A DNA stretch of 64,000 bases from Felis catus (lineage: Eukaryota): contig NC_058368.1 of NCBI RefSeq assembly GCF_018350175.1, forward strand, positions 94,800,001 through 94,864,000. Direction: 5' to 3'. The first letter of the stretch is position 1, and every line of letters starts with the position of its first letter. This document shows positions 37,373-50,665 of the stretch, piece by piece. The position numbers and the translations under genes were made by a program. The notes under the pieces are model-generated. The model worked only from the letters and a program-made list of their open reading frames with translations, was not told the DNA's origin and made no database searches.

Positions 37373-39277
37373 GGAAACACTGTTGCCCATGTTTACCAGC
37401 AAACAGAGTAATGTAAAGAGACCATGTCTGTGCATGGTAATCCTCTCCTGGTACTCTTGCACTCCTTGCTTTCAGCTCATGGGTTGGAATTATCAGTGGA
37501 ACCAGGAATCCCTCGGGGCCTAGCCGTCTTTCTCTACCTTAGTAAAATGCTGTTGTTTTAGTTACATGCCATATCGTTGGCAGGAGCTAGTGATACTGTA
37601 GAATTTGAGGTGAAGCAGAGTGTATAGGGGAGGGGGGGCCGTTCTTAAGTCTTAAGAGTGAGCCATGTGCTCTGATCCAGCTATATGAAGCTTTGAAGAG
37701 TAATAATAAAGTCTCACTCTGCTTCCCACTTGCTATCAGTTTTTCTGTATGCAGCTCCCTTGGGAACGTCAAAAGTTGAGGAGTGATTGACAGGACAAGA
37801 TTTGGGCACTTGGAGTTCTCTATTCAAGTGCCATTGAATGCAATCACAATTTTCTCCGTGTCCCTTGTAGCTTTTCTTAACAGATCTTTTCAGTGGTAAA
37901 CATGTTAGAGGGCTATGGACAAAAATATCAAAGGCATCGTTTGTACCTTTCAATTCTCAAGTAGACACTGAGTAAGAGACGTCTTTAAAATCAATGACTG
38001 ATTCTCAAGGCAGAAGACCAGCTTGACACTCTTAACCCTCCATTCTGAATAAACAAAATACCCCCTTCTCTGAAAACGGGGGAAACATTGCTGAGTCCCT
38101 TTCAATTGGCTACCCACCTGCCACAACAGAGCAGTGAGACCAGTTCCCTACAGGGAGGAAATGGACCTCACCCTCACCTTCCTCTACACTTCTGAGAACT
38201 TGAACTTCAACCTCTCCCTTCACTTCCCTAGGAAGCCAAGGAGGATTGTACCTCTGGTAGCCTGACGTGATTCTGTCTTTTTACCATTTGCTGAATTTGT
38301 GGAAGGAAAAGAACAACTGAAAACAGTGCTCCCTCTCTTTCCAGACTAAGTGTTGATAGTGTAGCACAGCCAAAGAGGAAACCGAGAAAAAGAGTGGATG
38401 AGATATCAACCGACTGATCAGGTTACCTTTGTGTGGTACAGAAGACCAACCCACTTCAGGGCCACCTCTGTGCCTCCTTCTCTAAATGTGTTCCCTTATC
38501 CGCAAGTAGATCTCATTCACATTATATGAAACTCACAGGATTTGCTTCAGGCAGGGGAATGAATGAATGAAAGACTTCTTCCATATGTTAGTTTCACCCT
38601 GCAGCATTGAACCCACCCTCCTGTGTATCAAAAGCAGAACAAACTGATTCTGCAATGCCAAGTTGTTTCTGCCTCAGACAATTAACCAGCACCATGCCGA
38701 AATCTATCTAAGGGCTTACTGGTTGAACTTCATCCACAAAATGTGTCCTAGGCTGGGCAGAAAAAACAAAACAAACAAACAAACAAACAAAAAAAAAGCA
38801 CCCAAATTCTAATTGCATCAGTGACGTTTAGTTTTAAAAAGCATGCAATGCTTCAGTTTCCTGCAGGGATCTCTGAAATGTCCCAGGATATGTTTGAGAC
38901 TAATTAAACGTGCTTGCCTTTTTCTACTTCTCCTTCAGGACTGCCTTTATGGGAGAGGAGAGCCAGATGGCAGGAGGTTTCTCTCCTAGACCAATCAGCA
39001 CGTCCACAGGTTTTGCCCCCTCCAGCCACAGCTTGCTTCCAGCTCTCTCCCTACCTGAATCAACAGCAGTGCCAGGACGAGCAGGGTGGAGGCTGCGGAT
39101 GCCCAGGAACTTACCCTTCATACAGAGTGAGACTCTTCTGACCTCCGAGAGCTGTATCCGCGATGCCCAGACAGAACCACGGTGTATTGTGCTGTGAGCT
39201 TTCTGCTGCAAAAATCCAATAAGTTGTTTTGCATATATACCCATATTTCTTCATTGATTTAATAAAAGGTGGGGGGA

Positions 39278-39490
39278 GGGGCACCTGAGTGGCTCAGTCA
39301 GTTAAGTGTCTGACTCTTGATCTCACCTCAGGTCGTGATCTCACAGTTCATGAGTTCAAGCCCCCCATTGGGTTCTGAGGTGATGGCACAGAGCCTACTT
39401 GGAATTATCCTCTCCTTCTCTGCCCCTCCCCTGCTTGTGTGCTCGCTTGCTCACTCTCTCTCAAAATAAATAAACTTAAAAAAAAAAAAA
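39278..39490 (+). mobile_element. CanSINE
   Basis: Head, body, A-tail. Confidence 0.9.
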
Positions 39491-39649
39491 GGAAGGGAGG
39501 GAGGGAGGGAGTAATAAGAGAAAGGAATGGACAAAGATTTTTGTCTGTTTTTTAAAGACATATATTTAAGGAACAATTGATTTTGGTAGCCTCATGATTA
39601 TCACACTCAAATAGGATACTGTACAAGACCTTAGCTGGGCAACTCTGTT

Positions 39650-39790
39650 TGCTCATTCATTCATTCATTCATTTATACGTTATTCACCCACTTCGTAATC
39701 AGTCAGCAAGCGAGGTCCTACTGGAACTCCTGTTTTGCTTGAGTATCAGGATCTACAATGAAGGCATCACCCCAGGTCCCCAGGAAGAGG
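39650..39790 (-). mobile_element. L2 3' end remnant
   Basis: (TTCA)n start followed by diverged L2-like sequence. Confidence 0.5.
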
Positions 39791-39957
39791 CTGGTCAGGA
39801 GGCTAAGAGGCTCTCCTCAGCAATGCCTCCAGCAGCTTTCTGGTGGTAGGAAGAAATGTGGGGAAGCATGAGAGAGATTCACTTGCAAGGAGCCGACCCC
39901 TTCATGGGTCAGATAAAGCATGGCCTGCAGCTTCCGCACCTCAGTTAATGAGACTCT

Positions 39958-40068
39958 GGGGCGCCTGGGTGACTCAGTCACTTAAGCGTCTGACTCTTGG
40001 TTTCCTCACAGTTCATGGGTTTGAGCCCTGCATCAGGCTCCCTGCTGACAGTGTGGAGCCTGCTTGGG

Positions 40069-40113
<45 letters not shown>

Positions 40114-40185
40114 CCCTCCCCTGCTTGCTCTCTACCTTTCTCTCTCAAGAATAAATGAATAAACATTAAAACAAAATCCTTAAAA
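39958..40185 (+). mobile_element. CanSINE with long (CT)n
   Basis: TSD-like gagactct/gagattct. Confidence 0.9.
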
Positions 40186-41631
40186 GAGATTCTCAATAAA
40201 TACGTGAAACATATAGTTCTGGTAACAAAGACCAATTAACCACCTGCTTTGTGCCTAGAGCGCTAGCTGCCAGCAATTCAAAATACATAAGACAGGGTCT
40301 CAGGGTCTCATCACCGAGGCCTTAACACCAGGTGGCACATCACCCAGCTTGTTGGGGCAGCAAATGTAACACTGAGCACAGCTAACATGGCAGGGACCCG
40401 CCGGAAATGTGTACCACTTTACGCTCTACAGAGGCCTTTCACGCTGCTTATTGGAGCCTCACAGTATTCTTGGTTAGTAAATTAAACAGGTATTTCTCCG
40501 TGGCACAGATGAATAAAGCCAAGACACCCAAGTTTCAGGTGCACTCAGAAGGTCTGACCCCCACCCCCCAGCGTAGGGCCCTTTTGATAGCAGCTTCTGC
40601 CTCTCAGCTCTGAATGTCCTCTTCAATAGCTGCTCCGAAAATAATGGTTGGAATCCCTTTAAGGTCTTCTTTACAGTGATCACAGGTTAAGCTTTCTTGG
40701 TGGAGGCCGCTGGAGGAACAGAGCAGGAGGAAGAGGCTTCTCCTGTGGGTTCTGCCAGCGGCCCCATCAGTCACGCCTGTGAACGTGAAGACATCTGGTG
40801 GCGCTCTGCCCCAGCCAGAGGCCCAGGGTACTCAGTCCCCTAGTGACCCTGCAGTGCTGCCCTCACACTTCCCCACGGTTCTTTCAACACAGACACTGCA
40901 TGCGGTAGGTCCTCTGCCCAAATTGTGACCTTCAGCCTCTCCACATGCCCGCTCACGCGAGCCATGGCTCCCTCTGCTCATACGCCCCTTCCCCCTCAGG
41001 TCTGCCCTCACGACATGGACACCAGGTGCGCCATGCCTCCTCGAAACATCTGGTCACTGGCTGTGGCTTACCTACCTCTCAGAAGGTTGCTTCCTGCTCT
41101 CCCAGGAACTGTGGACCAGCTCTGGCCTGGCCCATCCCACACACTTCTCTTCCATCCGACAGACTTCAACTCTACCTTCTTCAACCAGGTACGGGACTTT
41201 GGGTACTCTCTCTCAGCCCTATGGTACCCTATAAAGCTCTCTTTTATAGTTACTATTTTGCCATTAGGTAATAATTCTTTATGTTAAGCTTCCCTTATTT
41301 AAATAGTTGTATAGTGTCTGTCTCCTGATTGGACCCTGACTGATGTCCTAACTGTTGGTGTGGAGTCGCAGACAAAGCAAAGGACGTGGAGTTTCTTACG
41401 GGCAGGGATCTCTTCGTATATCTTTGACCAGTGCAAGCATTTCCTACTTTGATGCCTGGTACATAGAAGGTCCTGAATAAGGACTGAGTAACAGAGCATA
41501 ATTTAAATTAATTTTTACACTCCTGTTTGATTGAAGCGATAGCAGCCCACAGAGAAAGCCAGTGTGCAGGAAGGAGTCAGGAATTCATTTATGTATGTGA
41601 TTTTTCATTCATTTGATCAGTAAAGTTGATC

Positions 41632-41800
41632 GTTGTTTATTTTTTGTTTAGATGATCTGTCCATTGCTGTGAGTGGAGAGTTAAAGTCCCCTACTATTAT
41701 TGTATTATTTCGATGAGTTCCTTTATGTTTGTTATGGTTTTATATATTTGGGTTCTTTCATGTTGGGTGCCTAAATATTTACAACTGTTAGGTCTTCTTG
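41632..41800 (-). mobile_element. Isolated internal L1 ORF2 (endonuclease-region) fragment
   Basis: tagatgatctgtccattgctgtgagtggagagttaaagtcccctactattattg, homologous to 16560-16620; 13-bp flanking direct repeat. Confidence 0.85.
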
Positions 41801-41964
41801 CACTAGTGAAGTTGATCAAATGCCAGGTGGGAGCAACAGCATTGGCCTTCCACTGGGAGGCCAAGTAAATTGTTGTTACTAGAAGACAAGCTAAAGGAAC
41901 ATTCTGGATACAACATGGAAAGATTCAGAAGGAGCTAGGGAAATTCCAAGTGTGGTCTAACCTC

Positions 41965-42315
41965 TTGTGAGGTTCAGAGAAAATAAGTGACTTATCTAAG
42001 GTCATTTGGTCTCTAATGGGCAGCACCAGGAATAGAAAGCTAGTCTCATGGGGTGCCTGGGTGGCTCAGTCAGTTAAGCATCCAACTTTGGCTCAGGTCA
42101 TGATCTCGCGGTTCGTGGGTTCAAGCCCCACGTCGAGCTCTGTGCTAACAGCTCAGAGCCTGGAGCCTGCTTCGGATTCTGTGTCTCCCTCTCTCCCTGC
42201 CCCTCCCCTGCTTGTGCTCTGTCTCTCTTTGCCTCTCAACAAAAAATAAATGTTAAATTTTTTTTTAATAAAAATAAAAACAAGAAAGCTAGTCTCATGA
42301 TCCTCAGTCCAAATT
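41965..42315 (-). mobile_element. MIR remnant split by a SINE
   Basis: tgaggttcagagaaaataagtgacttatctaaggtca. Confidence 0.6.
42050..42280 (+). mobile_element. CanSINE
   Basis: Perfect TSD agaaagctagtctcat. Confidence 0.95.
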
Positions 42316-42530
42316 GTTACCGTTAATTACATTGTATTGCTTCTTCAAGTTGGGCAGAAAGAGGTGGTGATCGAAACTGCCATCTCCGAAAGTGGGGGAA
42401 AATACCCCAAAACATAGTTATCCCTTACCTAGTAGTTCAAAAGAGTCTTTCGGGGAATCCAAGAAATTCCTCTGCCAATGCTATTACCTTTGGGAAAGCA
42501 GTTAGAAGTCTGTCAAATATGTTGAGTTTT

Positions 42531-42750
42531 GGGGCACCTGGGTGGCTCAGTCAGTTAAGTGTCCGACTTCAGACCAGGTCATGATCTCACAGTCTGTGAG
42601 TTCCAGCCCCGCGTTGGGCTCTGTGCTGACAGCTCAGAGCCTGGAGCCTGCTTCGGATTCTGTGTCTCCCTCTTTCTCTGCCCCTCCCCCCTTCATGCTC
42701 TGTCTCTGTTTCTGAAAAATGAATATACCTTGAACAAAAATTTATTTTAA
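42531..42750 (+). mobile_element. CanSINE
   Basis: TSD-like atatgttga. Confidence 0.92.
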
Positions 42751-44041
42751 ATATATGTTGAACTTTGGGTTTGATGATCATTAAGGTAATTGAGTACTTG
42801 TTAACTCCCAGCATCCCAGGCTTGTGGGGCAAAGCACAGTCCTCCCTGCCCTACCCTCCTCAAAGCATCACTGGTGACCCCACACCCTCACATAACTCCC
42901 CTCTATCACTCGTCTCTAATGTCTGTGGCTTCATCGTGCTCATGATTTTCCTTTATCATGTTGGTTTACTTAGCAGGACATTTTGCTATTTCCGATCAGA
43001 TGTTTCCCAGGGAGCCGAGGCCCATCTTACTTAATGGAAGAGAGCCAACACAGCCTGTTCCACACACTTCTCTGCAGCTTTCCCAAAAGCATGACTTCTA
43101 GCTTGAATCCTACAATAAACGTATGGGCATATGTGACACACTGTGTGTCGTTAATTTCTCATCAACAGATGGGTCACAATATGAGCCAAGGGGGAGTGTG
43201 GATGTAGCAAGAGCTGTGTGCGCGAAGTCAAGCCATGTTTAGAATGTCTTTGTTGGCTGTCATTGGGAAGAAGCCCATGCTGATTAATTGATTTGGGATG
43301 TGCATACGCTTCTATGGCGGGAAGCAAGAGGCACTGGGTGCAGAGAAAATAAGCCTGCCTGGGAGTGGCCTGGGAGAGGCCAGATGCTCCACAAGGGGTT
43401 CCGGTAAAACGAGAGCTGCACTTTGCAGGCTGGCCCTGACTGGAGATGCACCTTATTTGACGGTTGCAGGTGCACGGACATAAAATCTCTCACTGGGAAA
43501 TCTGCTCCAGTGAGGATGGCTCTGTTGACCTGGCCCAGTGAAGTCAATGAAGAAGGATGCTGCTAGGATTTGGAAATGCTTAGGCTGTGGACTCCCTGGC
43601 CTGGGCTTGCTCTAAGAGCCAGTACTGAGGCACTTCCTGGCCTGATGGCTTTCTTTGAAGCCACTGCGTGGCTCCCTCCCCCAGCCCCCTCTCTCAGTCT
43701 TTGCATGGTACCATTCTAGGATCTGAGGTTTCCTCTGGAAATATGCTTCTTTTACCCATGTCTTACTCATCCATCCAAGAGGCACTGTGCTAGACTCTGG
43801 GAGTACAGCAGCTCTAGCTGGTTAGCTACCACCTCGTCACCCTCTCCTGGCACCTGGCATAGGGTGCTGTAAACAGAGACATTCAGAATAGTGGACTCCT
43901 AGAGCTGGGATGTCACTGTGTTTGAAGGAAAGCAGTCCCAAGGCGTTGGCAGACCTTGTTCCATTACCATGCATCACCCAGATGCACAAGCCCCAGCTGT
44001 CTGTCTGCAAACTAAAAAACAAAACAAAATAAAAAAAAACT

Positions 44042-44265
44042 GGGGCGCCTGGGTGGCTCCATCGGTGAAGCATCCAACTCGATCTCAGCTCAGGTCATCA
44101 TCTCACCGTTCGTGAGTTTGAGCCCCGAGTCGGGCTCTGTGCTGACAGTGCAGAGCCTGCTGGGGATTTTCTCTTTCCCTCTCTCTGCCCACCCCCCCAC
44201 CCCCACCACTGCCACCACCACTCTCTCTGTCATTCTGTCAAAATAAATAAACTTTAAAAAATAAC
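44042..44265 (+). mobile_element. CanSINE
   Basis: Head, body, A-tail. Confidence 0.9.
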
Positions 44266-45379
44266 AAAGACAGACACCAAAACCTAGAATTTATTTTTTA
44301 TTTTTGCTTACATATGTTGAGATTCAGTTTACATACAAAAAAGTATACTCGTTTTTATTTATACATTTCACTAAGTTTTGACACACATATAGATGGAATC
44401 ACGTAATCACCATCACAGTTAAGATACAGAACATTTTCACCTCCTAAGAGATCTCATGTATTCCTTTGCACTCAGTATCTTCCAGCTGTGGCCCCAGGCA
44501 ACCACTGATTTATTTCCTGTCTTTGTAGATTGGTTTTGCCTATCCTAGAATCTTATGTCAATGGGAACTATACAGTGTGTATACTATGGCTTCATTTGTT
44601 CACCATATTTTTAAGACGTATTTATATGCAGCATTTGTTCCTTTTTATAGCTGAAGAATATGCCATCGAATGCTTAGGCCGCAAAACGTTTATCTGTTTG
44701 TCAGTTGATGGGTCCTTGGATTATTTCCAGTTTGGGGTCTATTATGAGTTAAGCCGATCTGAACATTTGTGTCTGTCTTTCGTTTTGATTTTTCTTATGG
44801 AAATGCCTGGGAAGTAATGAGTTGTATGGAAAATATTTAACTCCTAAGAAGTTGCCAAACTGTTTTCCAAAGTAGTTGTAGCACGTTATGTTCCCACCAT
44901 TCATCTATGAAGGCTCTTACTGATTCACTTCGTCCGACACTTGGTATTGTCAGTCTTTCCAATTTTAGCTTTTCTAGATGGGGGTAGTAGTTTTAATTTG
45001 CATTTCCATGATGCCTAATGCTACTGAGCAATTTCTCTGTGCTTCTTGGCCATCCATATATCTTGAGAACTTTCCTTTCACATATATTGCTTTTTTTTTT
45101 TTTATCATGCTGATTGTCTTCTTAATGTTGATTTATAACAGTTCTTTATATTTTCTGGAAATAACTCCACTATCAGTTATATTTACTGTATATATTTTTC
45201 CTTGTCAGTGGCTTGCCTTGTAAAAGCCGAGTGTTTAATTTTGAAAAAGTCTACTCTTAGCAATTCTTTTCTGTTGTGGTTCATGCTTTCCGTGTCCTAA
45301 GAAATCTTTTCCTTCCTCACATTCACACACATTTTTTTTCCTGTATTTGCTTTTAAACATAAAAACTAAAACTATAATT

Positions 45380-45623
45380 CATTTTATTTTTTTATTTTTT
45401 TATTTTTTCAAGAAAAGTTTTTTTAATGTTTATTTCTGAGACAGAGAGAGACAGAGCATGAGTGGGGGAGGGGCAGAGAGAGAGGGAGACACAGAATCCC
45501 AAGCAGGCTCTGGGCTCCAAGCTGCCAGCACACAGCCTGATATGGGGCTCTAACCCACAAACTGTGAGATCATGACCTGAGCCAAAGTCAGTCGCTCAAA
45601 CGACTGAGCCACCTAGGTGCCCC
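45380..45623 (-). mobile_element. CanSINE
   Basis: TSD aaactat(a/g)attcatttt. Confidence 0.92.
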
Positions 45624-45652
45624 AAACTATGATTCATTTTAAAGTAATTTAT

Positions 45653-45865
45653 GGAGCACCTAGGTGGCTCACTTGGTTAGGTGTCCGACTTCGGCTCAGG
45701 TCGTGATCTCCTAGTTCATGGGTTCGAGGCCCATGTCGGGCTCTGTGCTGACAGTTCAGAGCCTGGAGCCTGCTTCCCAGTCTGTGTCTCCCTCCCTCTT
45801 TCTCTGCCCCTCCCTGCTCACACTCTGTCTCTCGGAAATAAATTTAAAAATGTTTTAAAGAAGTA
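45653..45865 (+). mobile_element. CanSINE
   Basis: TSD taaagtaattt. Confidence 0.92.
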
Positions 45866-46734
45866 AAGTAATTTTGATAAAGGGTGTGAGGTAAAGGCCA
45901 AGGTCCATTTTTTTTTTTTTCTAAATAGATAACCAGTTAGCTGGCATTGTCATTGAAAAGAGCATCTTTTCCTGAGTCATCTTGGTACCTTTGTCAGTAT
46001 CATTTGACCATTGGTTATGAGGGTCTATTTTGGACTCCTTACATGGTCCCATATCCTTACACTGAACCTACACTATTTAATAACTTTAGCTATATAGTGA
46101 TCATGAAGTAAACTTCATTATAATTTTTCAAGATTGATTAGGATATTCTAGATCCTTTGTATTTCTTTCTAAATTTTAGAATTAACTTCTCAGCTGGAAA
46201 GGAAAAACAAAAAAGCCTATGTAATTTTGACTGAGACTGCATTTAACCTATAGATCAATTTGGAAAGAATTCATATCTTAACAGTGAATTTCCAGTTGTT
46301 TAATTATTTAATTTCTCTCAACAATGTTTTGTCATTTTCAGTGCACAAGTCTTATACTTGTTTTTTAGTACATTTATCTCGTGGGGTTTCCGTTTTTAAC
46401 GCTATGTAAAATGGCATTTTTTATATTTTACCTTCTAATTGTTCACTGCTAGTATCTAAAAATACAACTGACATTTGTATTTTAATCTTGTTTCCTGTGA
46501 ACTTGATAAACTCATTTCTTAATTCTGGTAGCTTTTTGAGGGTCCCTTTGGATTTTTTCCCCCTGGGATCATGCAGTCTGAGGAAAATGATGATTTTACT
46601 TCTTCCTTTCTTACATCTATGCAATTTTTTTCTCATTGCACTAAGAGGGCCCCTTGGGATAGTATTAAATCGAAGTGATGAGAACAAATAATATTGCTGT
46701 GTTCCCTATCTTAGAAGGAAAGCAAGGCTTTTTG

Positions 46735-46863
46735 TTGTTGTTGTTGTAATTCTAGTTAGTTAACATACAGTATTGTATTAGTTTCAGGTGTACAGTATAG
46801 TGATTAAGCACTTGCATACATCATCCAGGGCTCATCACAAGTGCCCTCCTTAATCCCCATCAC
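46735..46863 (-). mobile_element. Very short carnivore L1 3' end insertion
   Basis: ctagttagttaacatacag...gtttcaggtgtac; TSD-like caag(g/t)cttttt. Confidence 0.8.
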
Positions 46864-48747
46864 AAGTCTTTTTTAAGTTTTTGGTGTATGTCATCCATGA
46901 GACTGAGAAAGTTCTTAGATTGAGGGGACTTTTTATCATGATGGAGTGTTGAATTTTGACAAGAGGAAAATGTTTTTGTGTTCCCTTATTCTATTAATAT
47001 GATGGATGACACAGACTGATTTTTGAATATTCAACCACACTTACATTCCTGGGACTCAATCCAAATTTATCACTATATATTGTGCTGGATTATCAATTTT
47101 TTTTAGTGTTGTTAGACTTGACCATAAAGCCATGTGAGTTTCATTTGTGGCAAACGATTTAATGACACACTTAGTTACTTTATGTTTTTGAATTGTCTTT
47201 AAGTCAACTTTGCTCATTTCTTTCTTCAAAGGACTTGTCCATTTCCTCCAAACTGTTGAATTGATGGCCATAATGTTATTCGTAAGAATTCCTTGGCAGG
47301 TGTTCAATATCTGTAGGGTCTGCAGTGGATATTCAGCTTTTATTTCTAACACTGGTAATTTATGTCATCTCGTCTTTTTCTTGATATGAATATGATATCA
47401 TCTGAAGATGATATCATATTCATATATCATATCATTTCATCTGAAGATGAAAGCTTATCAACTTTATAGATCTTTTTAAAAACCCCGCTTTTAATTAATA
47501 TATTTTCTCTATTATTTTTCTGTTTTCAATCTCATTGATTTCTACACTAATATTTATTAGTATTTTTCTTTTCTCTACCTCTTCAGATATAATCTATTTG
47601 TCTTTCTCTTGCTCCTTAAGATGAAAGGTTAGGTTAGTCCTTGTAGATGCTGTTTCATAATACATAAGCATATAATACTATATATTTCTCTGTAAGCACT
47701 GCATTAACTGTGTCTCACAAATTTGACACATTTTGTTTTGATTTTCATTCAATTTAAATTTTTCACGTTTTCCTTAGGAATTCCTTTTTCACCTCTGAAT
47801 TATTCAGGAGTGTAATGTTTAATTTTTCATACATTTGGGGCTTCCCCCCCGATTTTTTTGTTATTATTTTTTAGCTGAATTCTGGCATGGGCCACAAATA
47901 TACTTTGGATGTTTTCTAGTCTTGTATAAGTATATAAAAATCTGATAGGCCACAAAACTTGTGGCCAGTCTCCAAGATTGGCGATCTTGGAGAATATTCT
48001 GCATTTGAGAAGAATGTGCATTTTTCATTACTGGATGGAATGTCCTATAAATGTCCTATAAATGTCATATAGGACAAGTTGGTTGATAGTTGTTTAGATC
48101 AAATACTCTTATGATTTCTGCATACTTGTTCTCTCAGTTACCAAGGGAGGAGTGTTGAAGTCTCCAACTACAATTGTGGATTTGCATATTTCTTCCCTCA
48201 GGTCTATCAGTTTTTACCTTATTTGTTTTGAAAACTCTGAGGTTAAGCACGTACACATTTAGGATTGTTGTGTCATCTTGAAGAATTGACCCCTTTATCA
48301 TTATGTAGACCTCCTCTTTATCCCCGATTTCATTCCTTGTTGCAAAGTCTACTTCATCTGAAATTGAAATAGCTAATATAATCCAGCTTTTTTGTTGTTT
48401 AATGTTTATCATATGTCTTTCTCCATTGTTTACTGTTAATGTATCTGTATCTTTATATTTAAAGTGGGTTTCTTATTGAGGTCATAAGTTTGGGTATGCT
48501 TTTCCACCCACCCCCACATCTGACATTGTCTGTCCTTTAGCTAATGTTTTTAGAGGACTCACATTTATTGTGATCACTGATGTTGTTGGATTAAAATAAT
48601 TTGTTCTTTATTTCTTTTTCTTCTGTATTTAACTTCTTCTTCTTTGTATTTAACTGTGTGTTTTTTTTTATTCCATTTTATCTGCTCTGTTGACTTGTTT
48701 ATGTAGAATTTTAATGGTTTTCCTTGGGTTTACAGTACACATTAAAA

Positions 48748-48957
48748 TTTTTTTTCATGTTTATTTATTTTTGAAAGAGATAGAGAGACTTAGAATGAAT
48801 GGTAGAAAGGCTGAGAGAGACAGAGACACAATCTGAAGCTGGCTCCAGGCTCTGAGCTGTCAGCACAGAGTCTGATACAGGGCTTGAACCCACCAGCCAT
48901 GAGATCATGACCTGAGCCAAAGTCTGACACTTAACCTACTGAGCCACCCAGGCGTCC
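48748..48957 (-). mobile_element. CanSINE
   Basis: Reverse-complement element. Confidence 0.9.
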
Positions 48958-48969
48958 TACAATATATAC

Positions 48970-48989
48970 TTTTTTCATGTTTGTTTATT

Positions 48990-49041
<52 letters not shown>

Positions 49042-49208
49042 TTCATGAGTAGAGGAGGAGCCAAGAGAGAAACAGGGAGAGAATCCCAAGCACACTCTGC
49101 ACTGTCAGTGCAGACCCTGACAAAGGGCTTGAACTCACAAACCATGAGATCATAACTTGAGCCAAAATCAAGTCAGATGCTTACCCAACTGAACCACCCA
49201 GGCACCTC
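48970..49208 (-). mobile_element. CanSINE with long (GA)n
   Basis: TSD tacaatata(ta)c. Confidence 0.9.
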
Positions 49209-50459
49209 TACAATATACATTTTTAAAGTAATCTGAATCTACAGTCAAATCATCTTATAGTAATTTATGTGTGGTTTAAGAACCTTCTAACATACCAGCA
49301 ATGCCTCCCATTCATCATGTGCTATTGTTGTTATATGTTTTACTTCTAGATAAGATATAAGTACATAATACATTGTTCCTATTTTGCTCTAAATTGTCAG
49401 TTGTCTTGTAGAACAGTTTAAAATTAAGCAAGGTCAAATATTTCATTTTCTCTTCATTTTTTTTGTATAAAAGTAAATTTCTGACCTCTGTCATCTTTAT
49501 TCTGCCTGAAGAACTTGATGGAACATTTTTTTGTAGAAGGCAGTGAATTCCCTCAGTTCCCCAGTTTTTGTTTTGTCTGAGAGAATCTTTATTTCTCCTC
49601 CATGTAAAAGGATATTTCCACTTCATATAGCATTCTAGGTTGACAGTGTTTTTCTTTCAGCCCATTTAAGATCTCTCTTCCTTGTCTTCTTGCTTAGATG
49701 GCTACTGATAAGACATTGACTCTAATTTTTATACTTGTTCTCTTATTGATAATGTGTCTTTTTTTTTTTTTTCTGACTGCCTTCAAGGTTTTCTTTTTGT
49801 CTTTGGTTCTCAGCAGTTTGCTATGATATGTTTACCTAGGTTTTTTGGGTTGTTTTTGTTTTAATCCTTCTTGGTGTTCTCTGAGTTTCTTGGATCTGGG
49901 TTTGGTGTCTGTCATTAATTTTGGAAATTTTCCTGCCATTGTTTCTTCAAGTATTCATTTGAGTCCATTCTCTACTTTCCTAGGGATTCTAATTTTGCAC
50001 ATGTCAGGCCATTTGATAGTGTTCCACATCTCTTTGATGTGTTTTCTAATTCTTTTTTTTTCTAATCTCGTTCCTTTTTGCTTTCAATTTACATAAATTC
50101 TACTGACTCTTCTTCAAGTTCACTGATTTTTTTTTTCTCCATCGTCTGTGTTATTTGTACTGATGAGCCTATTAGAGGCATTCTTTATCTCTTTACTGTG
50201 TTTTTTATTTCCTGCGTTTCCATTTATTCTTTCTTATGGTTTACATTTCTCTGTTGAAATAACCTATCTGACTTTGTATATTGTTTACCTTTTTCATTAT
50301 AGCATTTAATATTGTTAATCATAACTGTTTTTAGTGTCCTGTGTGATAGTTCCAACATCCGTGTCATAGTTGAGTCTGTCACTGATCATTACTTTATCTC
50401 TTGTACAGTGTGAGGGTTCATCACGTGTCTGTGATGAACGAAACATTGCCGAATATTTT

Positions 50460-50665
50460 ATTTGCCTCAGGTTTCAGTAGAGCTCAGAATGACACTATTG
50501 CTGATCTTATCTTTATTTAAAATTTTGATATTTTCTTCATTGTGAAAACACTGTATTACTTTTGAATTTTTGAATATTGCATTAAATATTATATATCTTG
50601 ATCGCAGCTTCCCCTTAAATTTTGTTACTGAGGTCAGTGCCTCACTTGTCTACCCTAGTGCAGGA
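50460..50665 (-). mobile_element. hAT DNA transposon fossil (MER96B-like)
   Basis: aatattgcattaaatatt...tcttgat...ccccttaaattttg...gaggtcagtgcctcacttg...accctagt. Confidence 0.6.

Larger units (their letters stand above)
44290..50400 (-). mobile_element. Ancient L1M (L1MB/MC-like), about 6 kb with deletions: 3'UTR, ORF2 and ORF1 region
   Basis: Reverse-complement L1M 3' end (ccaggcaaccactgatttat), endonuclease remnants (YIMIKGSILQDDTTILNVY), ORF1-like sequence at about 49480-50300. Confidence 0.8.
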
